Source: Promethearchaeati archaeon
GTDB taxonomy: Archaea > Asgardarchaeota > Heimdallarchaeia > Heimdallarchaeales > Heimdallarchaeaceae
Length of the DNA: 11,956 nucleotides
Reading direction: 5' to 3'
Assembly (NCBI GenBank): GCA_013166775.1
Contig: JABLTJ010000051.1
Span: 1 to 11,956 of the forward strand
The notes under the pieces were generated by a model, which saw only the letters and a list, made by a program, of their open reading frames with translations, was not told where the DNA came from and did no database searches. Of this stretch, positions 1 through 7,811 are shown piece after piece. The translations under genes were made by a program, and so were the position numbers. Numbering within the stretch: the stretch's first letter is position 1; each line of letters begins with the position of its first letter.

Positions 1-94
1 ATTGACATTCATTGTATGATTGGGACTTGCTAGTATCACTCCATCTGCTGATTCAATTTTTTCTATAATTATATCCCTATCATCCTCCAGAGGA
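1..94 (+). repeat. Terminal direct repeat, left copy (94 bp, identical to 11863-11956)
   Basis: attgacattcattgtatg...catcctccagagga matches the window end base for base by direct comparison. Confidence 0.98.
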
Positions 95-276
95 CAAAAT
101 TCCTCACCCTTTGTTAAACAAAGATGACATCCTCTACAATTTTGTAGATCGATTTTATTTAAAAATAAATATTCATATTCACAATCGTAATTCTGTTTAT
201 GTATGCTTTCAATAGTTTTTATTGCATTGTACGTGTTTTTTCTTCGTGGACTGCTAATAATTGCTAATATTTTCAT
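1..276 (-). CDS. Iron-sulfur flavoprotein / NADPH-dependent FMN reductase (flavodoxin-like fold), N-terminal 92 aa; runs off the left edge
   Basis: Manual translation from ATG at 276: MKILAIISSPRRKNTYNAIKTIESIHKQNYDCEYEYLFLNKIDLQNCRGCHLCLTKGEEFCPLEDDRDIIIEKIESADGVILASPNHTMNVN. It has the FMN phosphate loop (SSPRRKNT), the Cx2Cx2Cx7C motif and ADGVILASP. Not in the ORF track. Confidence 0.92.
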   Translation of the reverse strand, partial: MKILAIISSPRRKNTYNAIKTIESIHKQNYDCEYEYLFLNKIDLQNCRGCHLCLTKGEEFCPLEDDRDIIIEKIESADGVILASPNHTMNVN

Positions 277-305
277 AAGCCATCGTTTCAAAAGAAATTT
301 GTTAG

Positions 306-314
306 TTATATAAA
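306..314 (-). promoter_or_regulatory. Putative archaeal TATA box for the flavoprotein gene
   Basis: TTTATATAA on the minus strand about 30 nt upstream of ATG 276. Confidence 0.55.
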
Positions 315-441
315 TGTTGCAGTTTTGTAGAAAGTTTTTTACGTCACCCACAAACGATTTTATAGCTCCAAGAAGGAACTTTAATGTAAGGTTGAAATAT
401 TGAAAATATTTAGAAATTAGTTTTTTTTTCAGATTTTAGGT

Positions 442-1173
442 TTATAGAGTACCTCCGAATACATGGAGGAAGTAACGTTTAATATCCTCTTCTGCAATAT
501 TCTTTTGTTCTATTTCCTTTTCTATTTCCTCAGAAAGTGCTAAAAACTCTGCTAAAAACTTCCTGATAAGACTAGTGAACTTCATAATATGAGTAGGTTT
601 ACTTACACGAAATCCTCTGCTGAAGAGAATATGATAAGCATTCATAAGATCTGTTTCAGTGAATATAGTTGAATTCTCATCCAGCTTATCCATTTCTGCA
701 ATATTATTGAATATAAATTTCTGTATAAAAAATGCAAAACCACAATATTGAGTCAATCTTTCGAGTGATAATCCTGTTTCATCCCTGAATTTTTTCCTTC
801 GTAGAATAATGTCTTTAATTTGATTTGCGGAGATGTCCTCTATTATCTCATCCTGTACTTTTGTGTAGCTACTATATAATGAAGGTCGATGTTTTGTAAA
901 TTCTTGTTTGAAGGTTCTTGTTAATTTGTAAAACTTTCCCCAATTCTTGCTCGAAGTTTCACTATCTACTTCGACTATCTGATCTTCTAGAAGGATTTTC
1001 ACATGTCCCAAGAGAGTAGTTCGAGGTTTCTGCAATATTAATGAAAGTTGAGAAAGGTTAATGCTTTTGTAAGTTTCTAGGGCTGCTATTATTGCAAATT
1101 TATCTAAGTCCCTAATAATCTCGTTTAATTTTGTAGTATAGTATTGAGGATCTACTTCCGGTGTTCTTTTCAT
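442..1173 (-). CDS. Winged helix-turn-helix (ArsR/MarR-like) transcriptional regulator with helical C-terminal domain
   Basis: AIIAALETYKSINLSQLSLILQKPRTTLLGHVKILLEDQIVEV...GKFYKLT fits a wHTH with a beta-wing. Start placed at ATG 1173 (243 aa) because the track's start at 1197 overlaps the TATA-like TTTATAAA at 1197-1204. Confidence 0.8.
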   Translation of the reverse strand: MKRTPEVDPQYYTTKLNEIIRDLDKFAIIAALETYKSINLSQLSLILQKPRTTLLGHVKILLEDQIVEVDSETSSKNWGKFYKLTRTFKQEFTKHRPSLYSSYTKVQDEIIEDISANQIKDIILRRKKFRDETGLSLERLTQYCGFAFFIQKFIFNNIAEMDKLDENSTIFTETDLMNAYHILFSRGFRVSKPTHIMKFTSLIRKFLAEFLALSEEIEKEIEQKNIAEEDIKRYFLHVFGGTL

Positions 1174-1196
1174 TCTAAATTGCAATATTCTCAGCA

Positions 1197-1248
1197 TTTA
1201 TAAATATGACGAATTCTGAAATATTTCGAAAATCGACATATTTTTAAG
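1197..1248. promoter_or_regulatory. Divergent promoter: TATA-like boxes at 1197-1204 (TTTATAAA) and 1241-1248 (TTTTTAAG) flanking a 42-bp imperfect palindrome (1202-1243)
   Basis: Arms aaatatgacgaattctgaaat / atttcgaaaatcgacatattt pair at 17 of 21 positions. A GGTGA RBS at 1271-1275 precedes ATG 1282. Confidence 0.65.
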
Positions 1249-1281
1249 TTTCTCTGGAATCAGATAAAGCGGTGATATAAA

Positions 1282-2250
1282 ATGCAAAAGAAAACCGCTT
1301 ATATTTTCTGTATACTTTTACTTTTTTCTTTCTGTAATTTTGTCTTCATTGAGACTTACTCTTTTCACGAATCTAATAATAAAGTTGAATTGAAATCTTA
1401 CATAGAACATGAACCTATAGAAATTCTTAATGATACAGCTTTCTCTCTTTATGGTTTTGAAGGAACAGGAACTGAAGAAGATCCTTACGTGATTGAAAAC
1501 TACAAAATTGAATCATTTGATTTTCTATCAAATGGCATATATGTAACTGGAACTACATCTCATTTCATTATCAGAAATTGTTATACTCTTTCAGAATACA
1601 TTGGAATAAATGTTCATAATGTTGCAACAGGAACAGCTGTAATAGCAAACAACACCTGCATCGGAACAACAATCATGAGTGGTGGAATAGGAGTCAGCAG
1701 TACGACAGGCTTTTCAATCTTGGATAATACCTGTTCAAATTTCGCTATCGCTATTCATACTAACGAAGCTTCAGATATGATTATTTCAGGAAATAAAGTA
1801 AGTGATTGTCTATATCATGGAATTAGTATACGTTATTCTAACTCAGCTGAGATAATAAATAATAGAATTGAAAATTGTACGATGTTTGGAGTAATTATCG
1901 TGGGATTCACTTCTAGTCATAGTTTTGTTTATCAAAATACATTTATCGATAATGGATTAGCAGAAACTTACAATGTTGACAACGAGCGTTTCGGAAATAT
2001 AACTAGTCAAGCATATGACGAAGGAATGTTAAATGTTTGGTATCATGAAGGAACAAAAACTGGAAATACTTGGTCTGATTATTCTGGAAAAGGTAGTTAT
2101 TCAATAGATGGTTCTTCAGATTCTGAAGACATATATCCACAAGGATTTACTAAAATGTTAGGTAGTTGGATTATTCAGTTCGTTACTTCTTTAATATGCA
2201 TAGTATCTTTAGTTATACTGAAATCTGAAAAAAAGAAGAAAGAAGCTTAA
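1282..2250 (+). CDS. Membrane-anchored NosD/CASH-type right-handed parallel beta-helix surface protein
   Basis: N-terminal signal/TM segment; GxGTxxDPYxIEN cap; repeated GIxI...N-x-I-x-N-N beta-helix rungs; GNxWSDYxG...DxYP C-terminal cap; C-terminal TM followed by KSEKKKKEA. Confidence 0.85.
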   Translation: MQKKTAYIFCILLLFSFCNFVFIETYSFHESNNKVELKSYIEHEPIEILNDTAFSLYGFEGTGTEEDPYVIENYKIESFDFLSNGIYVTGTTSHFIIRNCYTLSEYIGINVHNVATGTAVIANNTCIGTTIMSGGIGVSSTTGFSILDNTCSNFAIAIHTNEASDMIISGNKVSDCLYHGISIRYSNSAEIINNRIENCTMFGVIIVGFTSSHSFVYQNTFIDNGLAETYNVDNERFGNITSQAYDEGMLNVWYHEGTKTGNTWSDYSGKGSYSIDGSSDSEDIYPQGFTKMLGSWIIQFVTSLICIVSLVILKSEKKKKEA

Positions 2251-2519
2251 TCATTTAGATCTTCTATGTAACCCCAGATATCTAGACCTAGATTGATTAA
2301 GAATCCACCTATCCTGATCCACAATATTGCTGATGCTGTAAGTATTACAGCTGCAACCGCTAATGCAAACTCGACCCCAAATATTATCCATTCAGCTAAA
2401 GTAACTGTTGCCATAACTCCAGCTAAGATTGTAAGAAGTTTCCATCCAGCTATAACTGCTAGATACAGCAGGATCAAAAAACATTTTCTTTGATTTTTCG
2501 AGCTTTCATAAATAAACAT
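2247..2519 (-). CDS. Small hydrophobic membrane protein, or 3' remnant of a longer gene; start uncertain
   Basis: Ala/Leu/Ile/Gly-rich with 2-3 hydrophobic helices. Its stop overlaps the NosD-type gene's stop (TTAA, 2247-2250). The first ~13 codons look unlike the rest and there is no clear RBS. Confidence 0.5.
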   Translation of the reverse strand: MFIYESSKNQRKCFLILLYLAVIAGWKLLTILAGVMATVTLAEWIIFGVEFALAVAAVILTASAILWIRIGGFLINLGLDIWGYIEDLND

Positions 2520-2651
2520 AATATGAAATTGATAATATCCTTCTTATTAGAAGAAACTAATCTTTACAATGTTATGCAAAGCAATATTCCTCAGATTTTT
2601 TCTTTTTGTTGTTAGGAATTTCTACTTTCAGGTCTTTATCTTTCTTTAAAT

Positions 2652-2700
2652 CAAAAAAAAGAAAAAGATTAAGGAAAAAAAGAGAAACACAAGAAAGAAG
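2652..2700 (-). terminator. T-rich archaeal-type terminator downstream of the large surface protein gene
   Basis: The minus strand just after the stop is a pyrimidine tract with several oligo-T runs (plus strand caaaaaaaagaaaaagattaaggaaaaaaagagaaacacaagaaagaag). Confidence 0.55.
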
Positions 2701-2703
2701 ATT

Positions 2704-5700
2704 TTATTGCTTTTTGTGTTTTATTCTAAATCTTATTGCTATTACTACAAAGATTAGACTTACTAGACCAAATATGATATTAAGATTTGTTGACGTCGTG
2801 GGTATTTCTTCCCATGCAGATGTGAGTGTATTTGTTTGGATATAATTTTCCCATTCATCATAAATTATTGCATATAGGGAGATTGTTGCAACTACATCAG
2901 ACTTGATTCTTATTGTGAATACTCCATTTTCTTCTATCATTGTTCCGTACTCATAGTATGAAGCACCAGAGTCATAGGAAACAAATAGTGTAGCATTCAG
3001 AATCGCGCTATTATCACTTACTTCCAGAGTTATTTTCAGATATTCTCCTATTTCTAAAGTAGTTCCTGACAGATAGAATTCACTTATGTTTGGTGGATCA
3101 GCTTCTACAATTCTTATATTCTGTTTGAACGTTTTAATAAACATATTTTCTACTTCTACTATAATTTCAAGTGTATAAATTCCTTCTAGATTAGGTATCA
3201 TTATTGTTGTCTCATAATATCCCCCTTCCATGGCATCAAAGGAGAAGAAATTACCCATAAAAAGAGCCATCAATGAAGCAATTGTAATTGGGTTTCCGTA
3301 CTGGTCTTCTAGATATACTTCTATTGTATGCTGGCTTAAAGCTTTACAAATAGTATATTCATCAAATTCTAGAACTGTATCCATTGTTGTTATTGAGTTT
3401 TCTGTAGTAGTTATAGGCATTGTTGACAATTGATTTGGAGCTATCCATCCTTCCCTAAAAATGATGTCATCGCAATAATTTGTCGTTACCATTATACTGA
3501 AATTAAGATTCGGAGCTTCGGAAAGAATAGTATTGTAAAACAAATTCATATCCAAAGCATCATAGTCAGCTTTAACGAAAATCAACTGTGTCTCAACATC
3601 ACCTATGAAGAAACCAAATTCAGTTAAATTGCAGAATGTCATCGTATCTTTATCAAAACCTAGATAATCTGATGTTTCAGGGATTTCTACTTCAAGATTG
3701 AGCATTATATCAGGAGGATCAATAAGATCAGCAGATAAAATTATTAGAGAAACATCGTTTTCAAATTCTGGATTTATAGTAAAACAGTATTTTAAGAGAA
3801 AAGCTACTCCTTTTATCCCTAGATATATTCCTGCAGCAACAGGTCCAGAAGTTATAATTAACGCACCTATACCAACGATTTTTAGTCCTAGCATTAGAAA
3901 ATCAGAAACCGTAGAAAATGCACTGATTACATCTAAAATGAATGATGAAATATTAATTTCCTTTATTAGAATAATGTTATTAGCACCATCATCCCCGATT
4001 ATAAAGAAATCAAATCGTACAAGAGAAAAAGCTAATTGAAGGAAAAGCATTATGATATCTAGCTTTGCAAGTCCTTCATTTGGTACAAGTCTAATTTTAT
4101 TTGAAGATTCTTCTATATCAAAGAATGAGTGAACCAAAGGTTCATCAAACAGATATTCAAAAACGGTTTTCGACATTGTGTAAACAGTTTCATCACCTGC
4201 TGTTGTTTTTACGAAATCTGTTAATGCCTTAACTACTCCATACACTAAATCCAATGAAAATACTTCCATCATATTCGTATTTATTGAAAACGATAATCCT
4301 ATTCTAAGATTGTTATCCGTTCCTCTTAGATTTTTGAAGAAAGTGAATGTATCTGCATTCATTATTTCAGGTGTCATACCACTTAATTCACTTATAAAAT
4401 TAAGAAAAGATTCAATCTCAAGTATTGTTAATTGAACTGGCATATAACTACCTAAATCCATTCCCCAGCTTTCTAACATACGCTTAACGAAAATCCTACC
4501 ATCTGAATCTGAGAATAATGAAGTTCTTGTTGAATAGAAATTAAAAGGTAACAACATTGACAACAAGGGTAATGAACTTATTAGACTCTCCACAGGCAAA
4601 TCTGCCATATCCATAAAATTTAGTCTTCCATCTAAATCATTGTCTCCCCATGGATCGACATTTATCACCAAGTCTTCTAAATTTGACCAATCACTCTCTA
4701 ATTGAAGATTGTCTATTGCTTTAACTCTGAAGAAGTAAAAACCATTGAAAAGAGTAATTTGTTTCGAATTCGTGAAAGATATTAATGCTTCATAAGTTGA
4801 GAAATCGGCTGTTTCAGAGTAATGAATCTCGTAAGTAACTACAAGTCCATCTGGATCATCAGGAATTGACCATGTAAGTGTGAATTCATTTGTGAGTATC
4901 ATATCTCCAGGATTACTTAATACTGGAGCATCAGGTCCTTGAAGTAAATCTATTGTAATGTCCTGATAATCACTCCAATCACTTGCTGCTCCATCATTAT
5001 CAATTGCACAGACTCGATAATAATATGTTCCTTCAGTTTTATCAGTGATTGAACATTGAGATAAAGAACTGCCTGTATACCAATCATCTAAAAGAGTACT
5101 AAAAGTGGGTGTAGAACTCTCTTGTATTCTATACTCATCTATATATCCATCTGAATCGCTACTATCAGACCAATCTAGTGTAAAGTAGTTTACATTTATC
5201 GTTGTTCCAGGATCATACAGAGTAGGTTTAGTAGGTTTGGAAATAGCTTGAGAAAATGTTATCGTATACTGCAGACTATATTCCTTTTGTTGATCATAAA
5301 CTCCTGTACCTGGAGAAGGATCAGCATAATAGTCTCCCCAATAATCTGCTACTACATGTTTTACCAAGAAATGATAGGTTCCCGCTGTAGTCGGTGTGAA
5401 GTGTATTACTACCATGTGAGATACATAAGCATCCCAGTAAGGCAATAGATACGCATCTACCATAGCATATTGCAAAGTAACAGTCTCAGTTCCATAATTT
5501 CCTCCTGCTGTATCACCTTTCCATTTTTGAATACAAGAAGGTGTAGTGTAGGAATCAACTTGAACAACTGATGTTGCTGTTGTAGTAATTTCTGGAAATG
5601 ATACAACAATATCCCCACTATATGCCATAGTATTAGAGTTCATACACTCAACAGAAATTGTAGCTGTTTCTCCAAAAACGTAGGTAGGACTGTAAATTAC

Positions 5701-6285
5701 ATCAATTATATTTGGATTCGGAGCTTTTACAAGTATGTGGTGAGAATAAGAGTATTCATCTTGTTGATCAAGAATTTCTGAACCAGGAACTGGATCTGCA
5801 TAGAAATTACTCCCATCGATTAGTACAAACTTAATGTGCATACTGAACGTGCCTACAGTTTTAGGTCTTACTCTTAGTACTAATGTTTGGGTGGATCCTG
5901 TGCCCCAAAATCCAGAATAAGCTACAATCATATAATTATCAGAAGCTCTTTGACCTGTTCCATAGTCGTACCAAATAGAATCCCCTTGTTCGTAATCTCT
6001 CCAACCTGAAGTAGTATAATCATAAACATCTATTTCTTCTGAATCTGCATAATCTCTATCAGGAAAATTGACCGTAATATCTCCTTCATCAGCAATATCA
6101 CCATAATTTGTTGCAGAAATCGTAACTGTAACTGTTTCTCCACAGGTAATTGTATAATCAGAGACATTTATCGTAATCCCAGGGGAAGGAGCTCCTACAG
6201 CTAGTTCAATAATAAAGTTAGAAGAAATTTGAAAAACAAATAAAGAAATAATAAAAAATGAGTAAATTTTCTTTTTTTCAATCAT
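2704..6285 (-). CDS. Large multidomain cell-surface protein (2 Ig-like repeats, 2 fibronectin type III domains, DxDxDG motif, hydrophobic helical region, C-terminal Ig-like domains, TM anchor)
   Basis: Signal-like N-terminus MIEKKKIYSFFIISLFVF. FN3 signatures FTLDWS..YRIQES..YYYRVCAIDNDGAASDWS and FTLTWS..YEIHYS..YFFRVKAIDNLQLESDWS. C-terminal TM plus RFRIKHKKQ. ATG 6285 preferred (GAAGGT upstream); GTG 6336 is the alternative. Confidence 0.85.
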   Translation of the reverse strand: MIEKKKIYSFFIISLFVFQISSNFIIELAVGAPSPGITINVSDYTITCGETVTVTISATNYGDIADEGDITVNFPDRDYADSEEIDVYDYTTSGWRDYEQGDSIWYDYGTGQRASDNYMIVAYSGFWGTGSTQTLVLRVRPKTVGTFSMHIKFVLIDGSNFYADPVPGSEILDQQDEYSYSHHILVKAPNPNIIDVIYSPTYVFGETATISVECMNSNTMAYSGDIVVSFPEITTTATSVVQVDSYTTPSCIQKWKGDTAGGNYGTETVTLQYAMVDAYLLPYWDAYVSHMVVIHFTPTTAGTYHFLVKHVVADYWGDYYADPSPGTGVYDQQKEYSLQYTITFSQAISKPTKPTLYDPGTTINVNYFTLDWSDSSDSDGYIDEYRIQESSTPTFSTLLDDWYTGSSLSQCSITDKTEGTYYYRVCAIDNDGAASDWSDYQDITIDLLQGPDAPVLSNPGDMILTNEFTLTWSIPDDPDGLVVTYEIHYSETADFSTYEALISFTNSKQITLFNGFYFFRVKAIDNLQLESDWSNLEDLVINVDPWGDNDLDGRLNFMDMADLPVESLISSLPLLSMLLPFNFYSTRTSLFSDSDGRIFVKRMLESWGMDLGSYMPVQLTILEIESFLNFISELSGMTPEIMNADTFTFFKNLRGTDNNLRIGLSFSINTNMMEVFSLDLVYGVVKALTDFVKTTAGDETVYTMSKTVFEYLFDEPLVHSFFDIEESSNKIRLVPNEGLAKLDIIMLFLQLAFSLVRFDFFIIGDDGANNIILIKEINISSFILDVISAFSTVSDFLMLGLKIVGIGALIITSGPVAAGIYLGIKGVAFLLKYCFTINPEFENDVSLIILSADLIDPPDIMLNLEVEIPETSDYLGFDKDTMTFCNLTEFGFFIGDVETQLIFVKADYDALDMNLFYNTILSEAPNLNFSIMVTTNYCDDIIFREGWIAPNQLSTMPITTTENSITTMDTVLEFDEYTICKALSQHTIEVYLEDQYGNPITIASLMALFMGNFFSFDAMEGGYYETTIMIPNLEGIYTLEIIVEVENMFIKTFKQNIRIVEADPPNISEFYLSGTTLEIGEYLKITLEVSDNSAILNATLFVSYDSGASYYEYGTMIEENGVFTIRIKSDVVATISLYAIIYDEWENYIQTNTLTSAWEEIPTTSTNLNIIFGLVSLIFVVIAIRFRIKHKKQ

Positions 6286-6539
6286 AGTTAACCTTCGGAT
6301 AAATAATATGTTAATATTTAAATTTTTTTCAATCACCTCGTAAATATTTCTTAAGAATTTTTAACATTTCATGATTGTTATTTTATTAATCAGATCTAAC
6401 CAATTGCAAAATAATATAAACTGAGAAAAATCATATTCTACTTAATACTAATTACTTACTATCTAAAAGGAAAAACTATACTAAGAAAACTGTAAAATTA
6501 CAAGAAGATTATTTCATAGAGTTTGGAAGCTCCAAGAAC

Positions 6540-6560
6540 TTGATCTTAATGCAAGATCAA
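6540..6560. terminator. Short hairpin immediately after the membrane protein gene's stop
   Basis: ttgatctt-aatgc-aagatcaa, 8-bp stem with 5-nt loop. Confidence 0.3.
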
Positions 6561-6562
6561 TA

Positions 6563-7462
6563 TTAATTTAAAACTAGAAAAAATACTCCTATAAATAAAC
6601 CTACAGAAATAACCAATGAAAGGATAAAACGTACTATGAAATGTTTTTTACTATTATACTTCCATTTCCAACGAGAAACAGGAGTAAATGCTTCCTTTAT
6701 TAATCTAAATATGTTAGGGGGAGGAGTTTCTTCCAAAGTAATATCGTTATCTTTTTTCATTTCTTCTTTCTTGACTTCTAGAGAATCGAGTTCTTTTTGA
6801 GATACAAAATCCTTTCGTAATTGAATTATGTATACTAATTTTACGAAAAAAATAGCTAGAAAAACAATGAAAGAAGTAGTTATGATGTAATATTCACTTG
6901 GGAAACAACTTGGATATTGAAAAACTGAATAACATGAGTAGAAAAAGAAATCTCCAATGTTTACAGAAAATAAAGCAAAGAGAGTTATTATTAGTAAAAT
7001 TTCTGGCAAGATAAGTATCATTTCAAGTTTATCTTTTTTCTTATAAAAAAAACTTAGAAAAATCATAGCAGTACTCAAAATCACCAAAGCTAGAATTCGG
7101 ATAGCTCTAAATACATCCCCAATTATTATCATTTCAAAAATATCCCAAACCTGTCCTTTCTGATAAAATAACTCACCTAAAGGGATGATTATCCCTACAA
7201 TTAGTGATAAAATTGAGATTATCATCGGTCTATCATGGAAAAAACGTATTGCTTCATAGGATCGTTTTTCTTTTTTTTCTTCGCGAGAATTCTCTATTAT
7301 CTGACTCACACCAAAAAGAATGAACCCTAACCCTATAATTATTGCTGGGATGAAAAAATAAAGAACATAAAGAAGTATTTGTAAAACTATCTGACACATT
7401 ACTCCAAGACAAATAAATATTAAGCTAATCTTATCCATTGTTTTCAGTAATTTAAACTCCAT
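6563..7462 (-). CDS. Hypothetical polytopic membrane protein (~7 TM)
   Basis: About seven hydrophobic segments separated by charged loops (REEKKEKR, KKKDK, a long loop before the last TM). GGGAA upstream of the ATG. No family recognised. Confidence 0.8.
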   Translation of the reverse strand: MEFKLLKTMDKISLIFICLGVMCQIVLQILLYVLYFFIPAIIIGLGFILFGVSQIIENSREEKKEKRSYEAIRFFHDRPMIISILSLIVGIIIPLGELFYQKGQVWDIFEMIIIGDVFRAIRILALVILSTAMIFLSFFYKKKDKLEMILILPEILLIITLFALFSVNIGDFFFYSCYSVFQYPSCFPSEYYIITTSFIVFLAIFFVKLVYIIQLRKDFVSQKELDSLEVKKEEMKKDNDITLEETPPPNIFRLIKEAFTPVSRWKWKYNSKKHFIVRFILSLVISVGLFIGVFFLVLN

Positions 7463-7754
7463 ATTCCCTTTTCTCCAATTTATTTCTAGCGAATTTCCAG
7501 TATATGAGATTATATTTTCTGTTAACGTGTAATGAATTAGTTAATAAATAATCCCTCCTTCCTATATGGAAGTTGTCGTTGCAATATTTTGCAAACACCA
7601 TCAAATAGCTGTTTGTAGTTGCTATAACTTACTTCTTATTTGATCTAGTCTTTCTTTGAGAAGAAATCTTTTGAGATTGTTATTCAAGTAATTCTAAACT
7701 GTTAAGATAGGTATTCTGAGAGTCCTTTTTTCGAAAAATCAATAGAAACTATAC

Positions 7755-7762
7755 TTTTTAAA
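7755..7762 (+). promoter_or_regulatory. Putative TATA box for the ThDP enzyme/SSADH genes
   Basis: TTTTTAAA about 40-50 nt upstream of ATG 7803/7812, with an A-rich stretch upstream. The AT-rich background weakens the call. Confidence 0.35.
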
Positions 7763-7811
7763 GAGTCTAACTTATGTTTTAGTTAAGAGAAATCAGTTTT
7801 TGATGATTGGC

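Noticed and set aside
364-374. 11-bp repeat agctccaagaa shared with 6528-6538
   Set aside because: Several 11-mer matches are expected by chance in 12 kb of AT-rich DNA.
2293-2845. Plus-strand ORFs 2293-2493 and 2606-2845
   Set aside because: Antisense shadows of minus-strand ORFs. The Lys/Arg run in the second is just the A-rich complement of the terminator tract.
3230-5448. Plus-strand ORFs 3230-3433, 3430-3627, 3698-4039 and 5248-5448
   Set aside because: They lie wholly antisense within the large surface protein gene and have no motifs.
7727-7738. Palindrome TTTTTCGAAAAA upstream of the ThDP enzyme gene
   Set aside because: Low complexity; it cannot be supported as an operator without comparative data.
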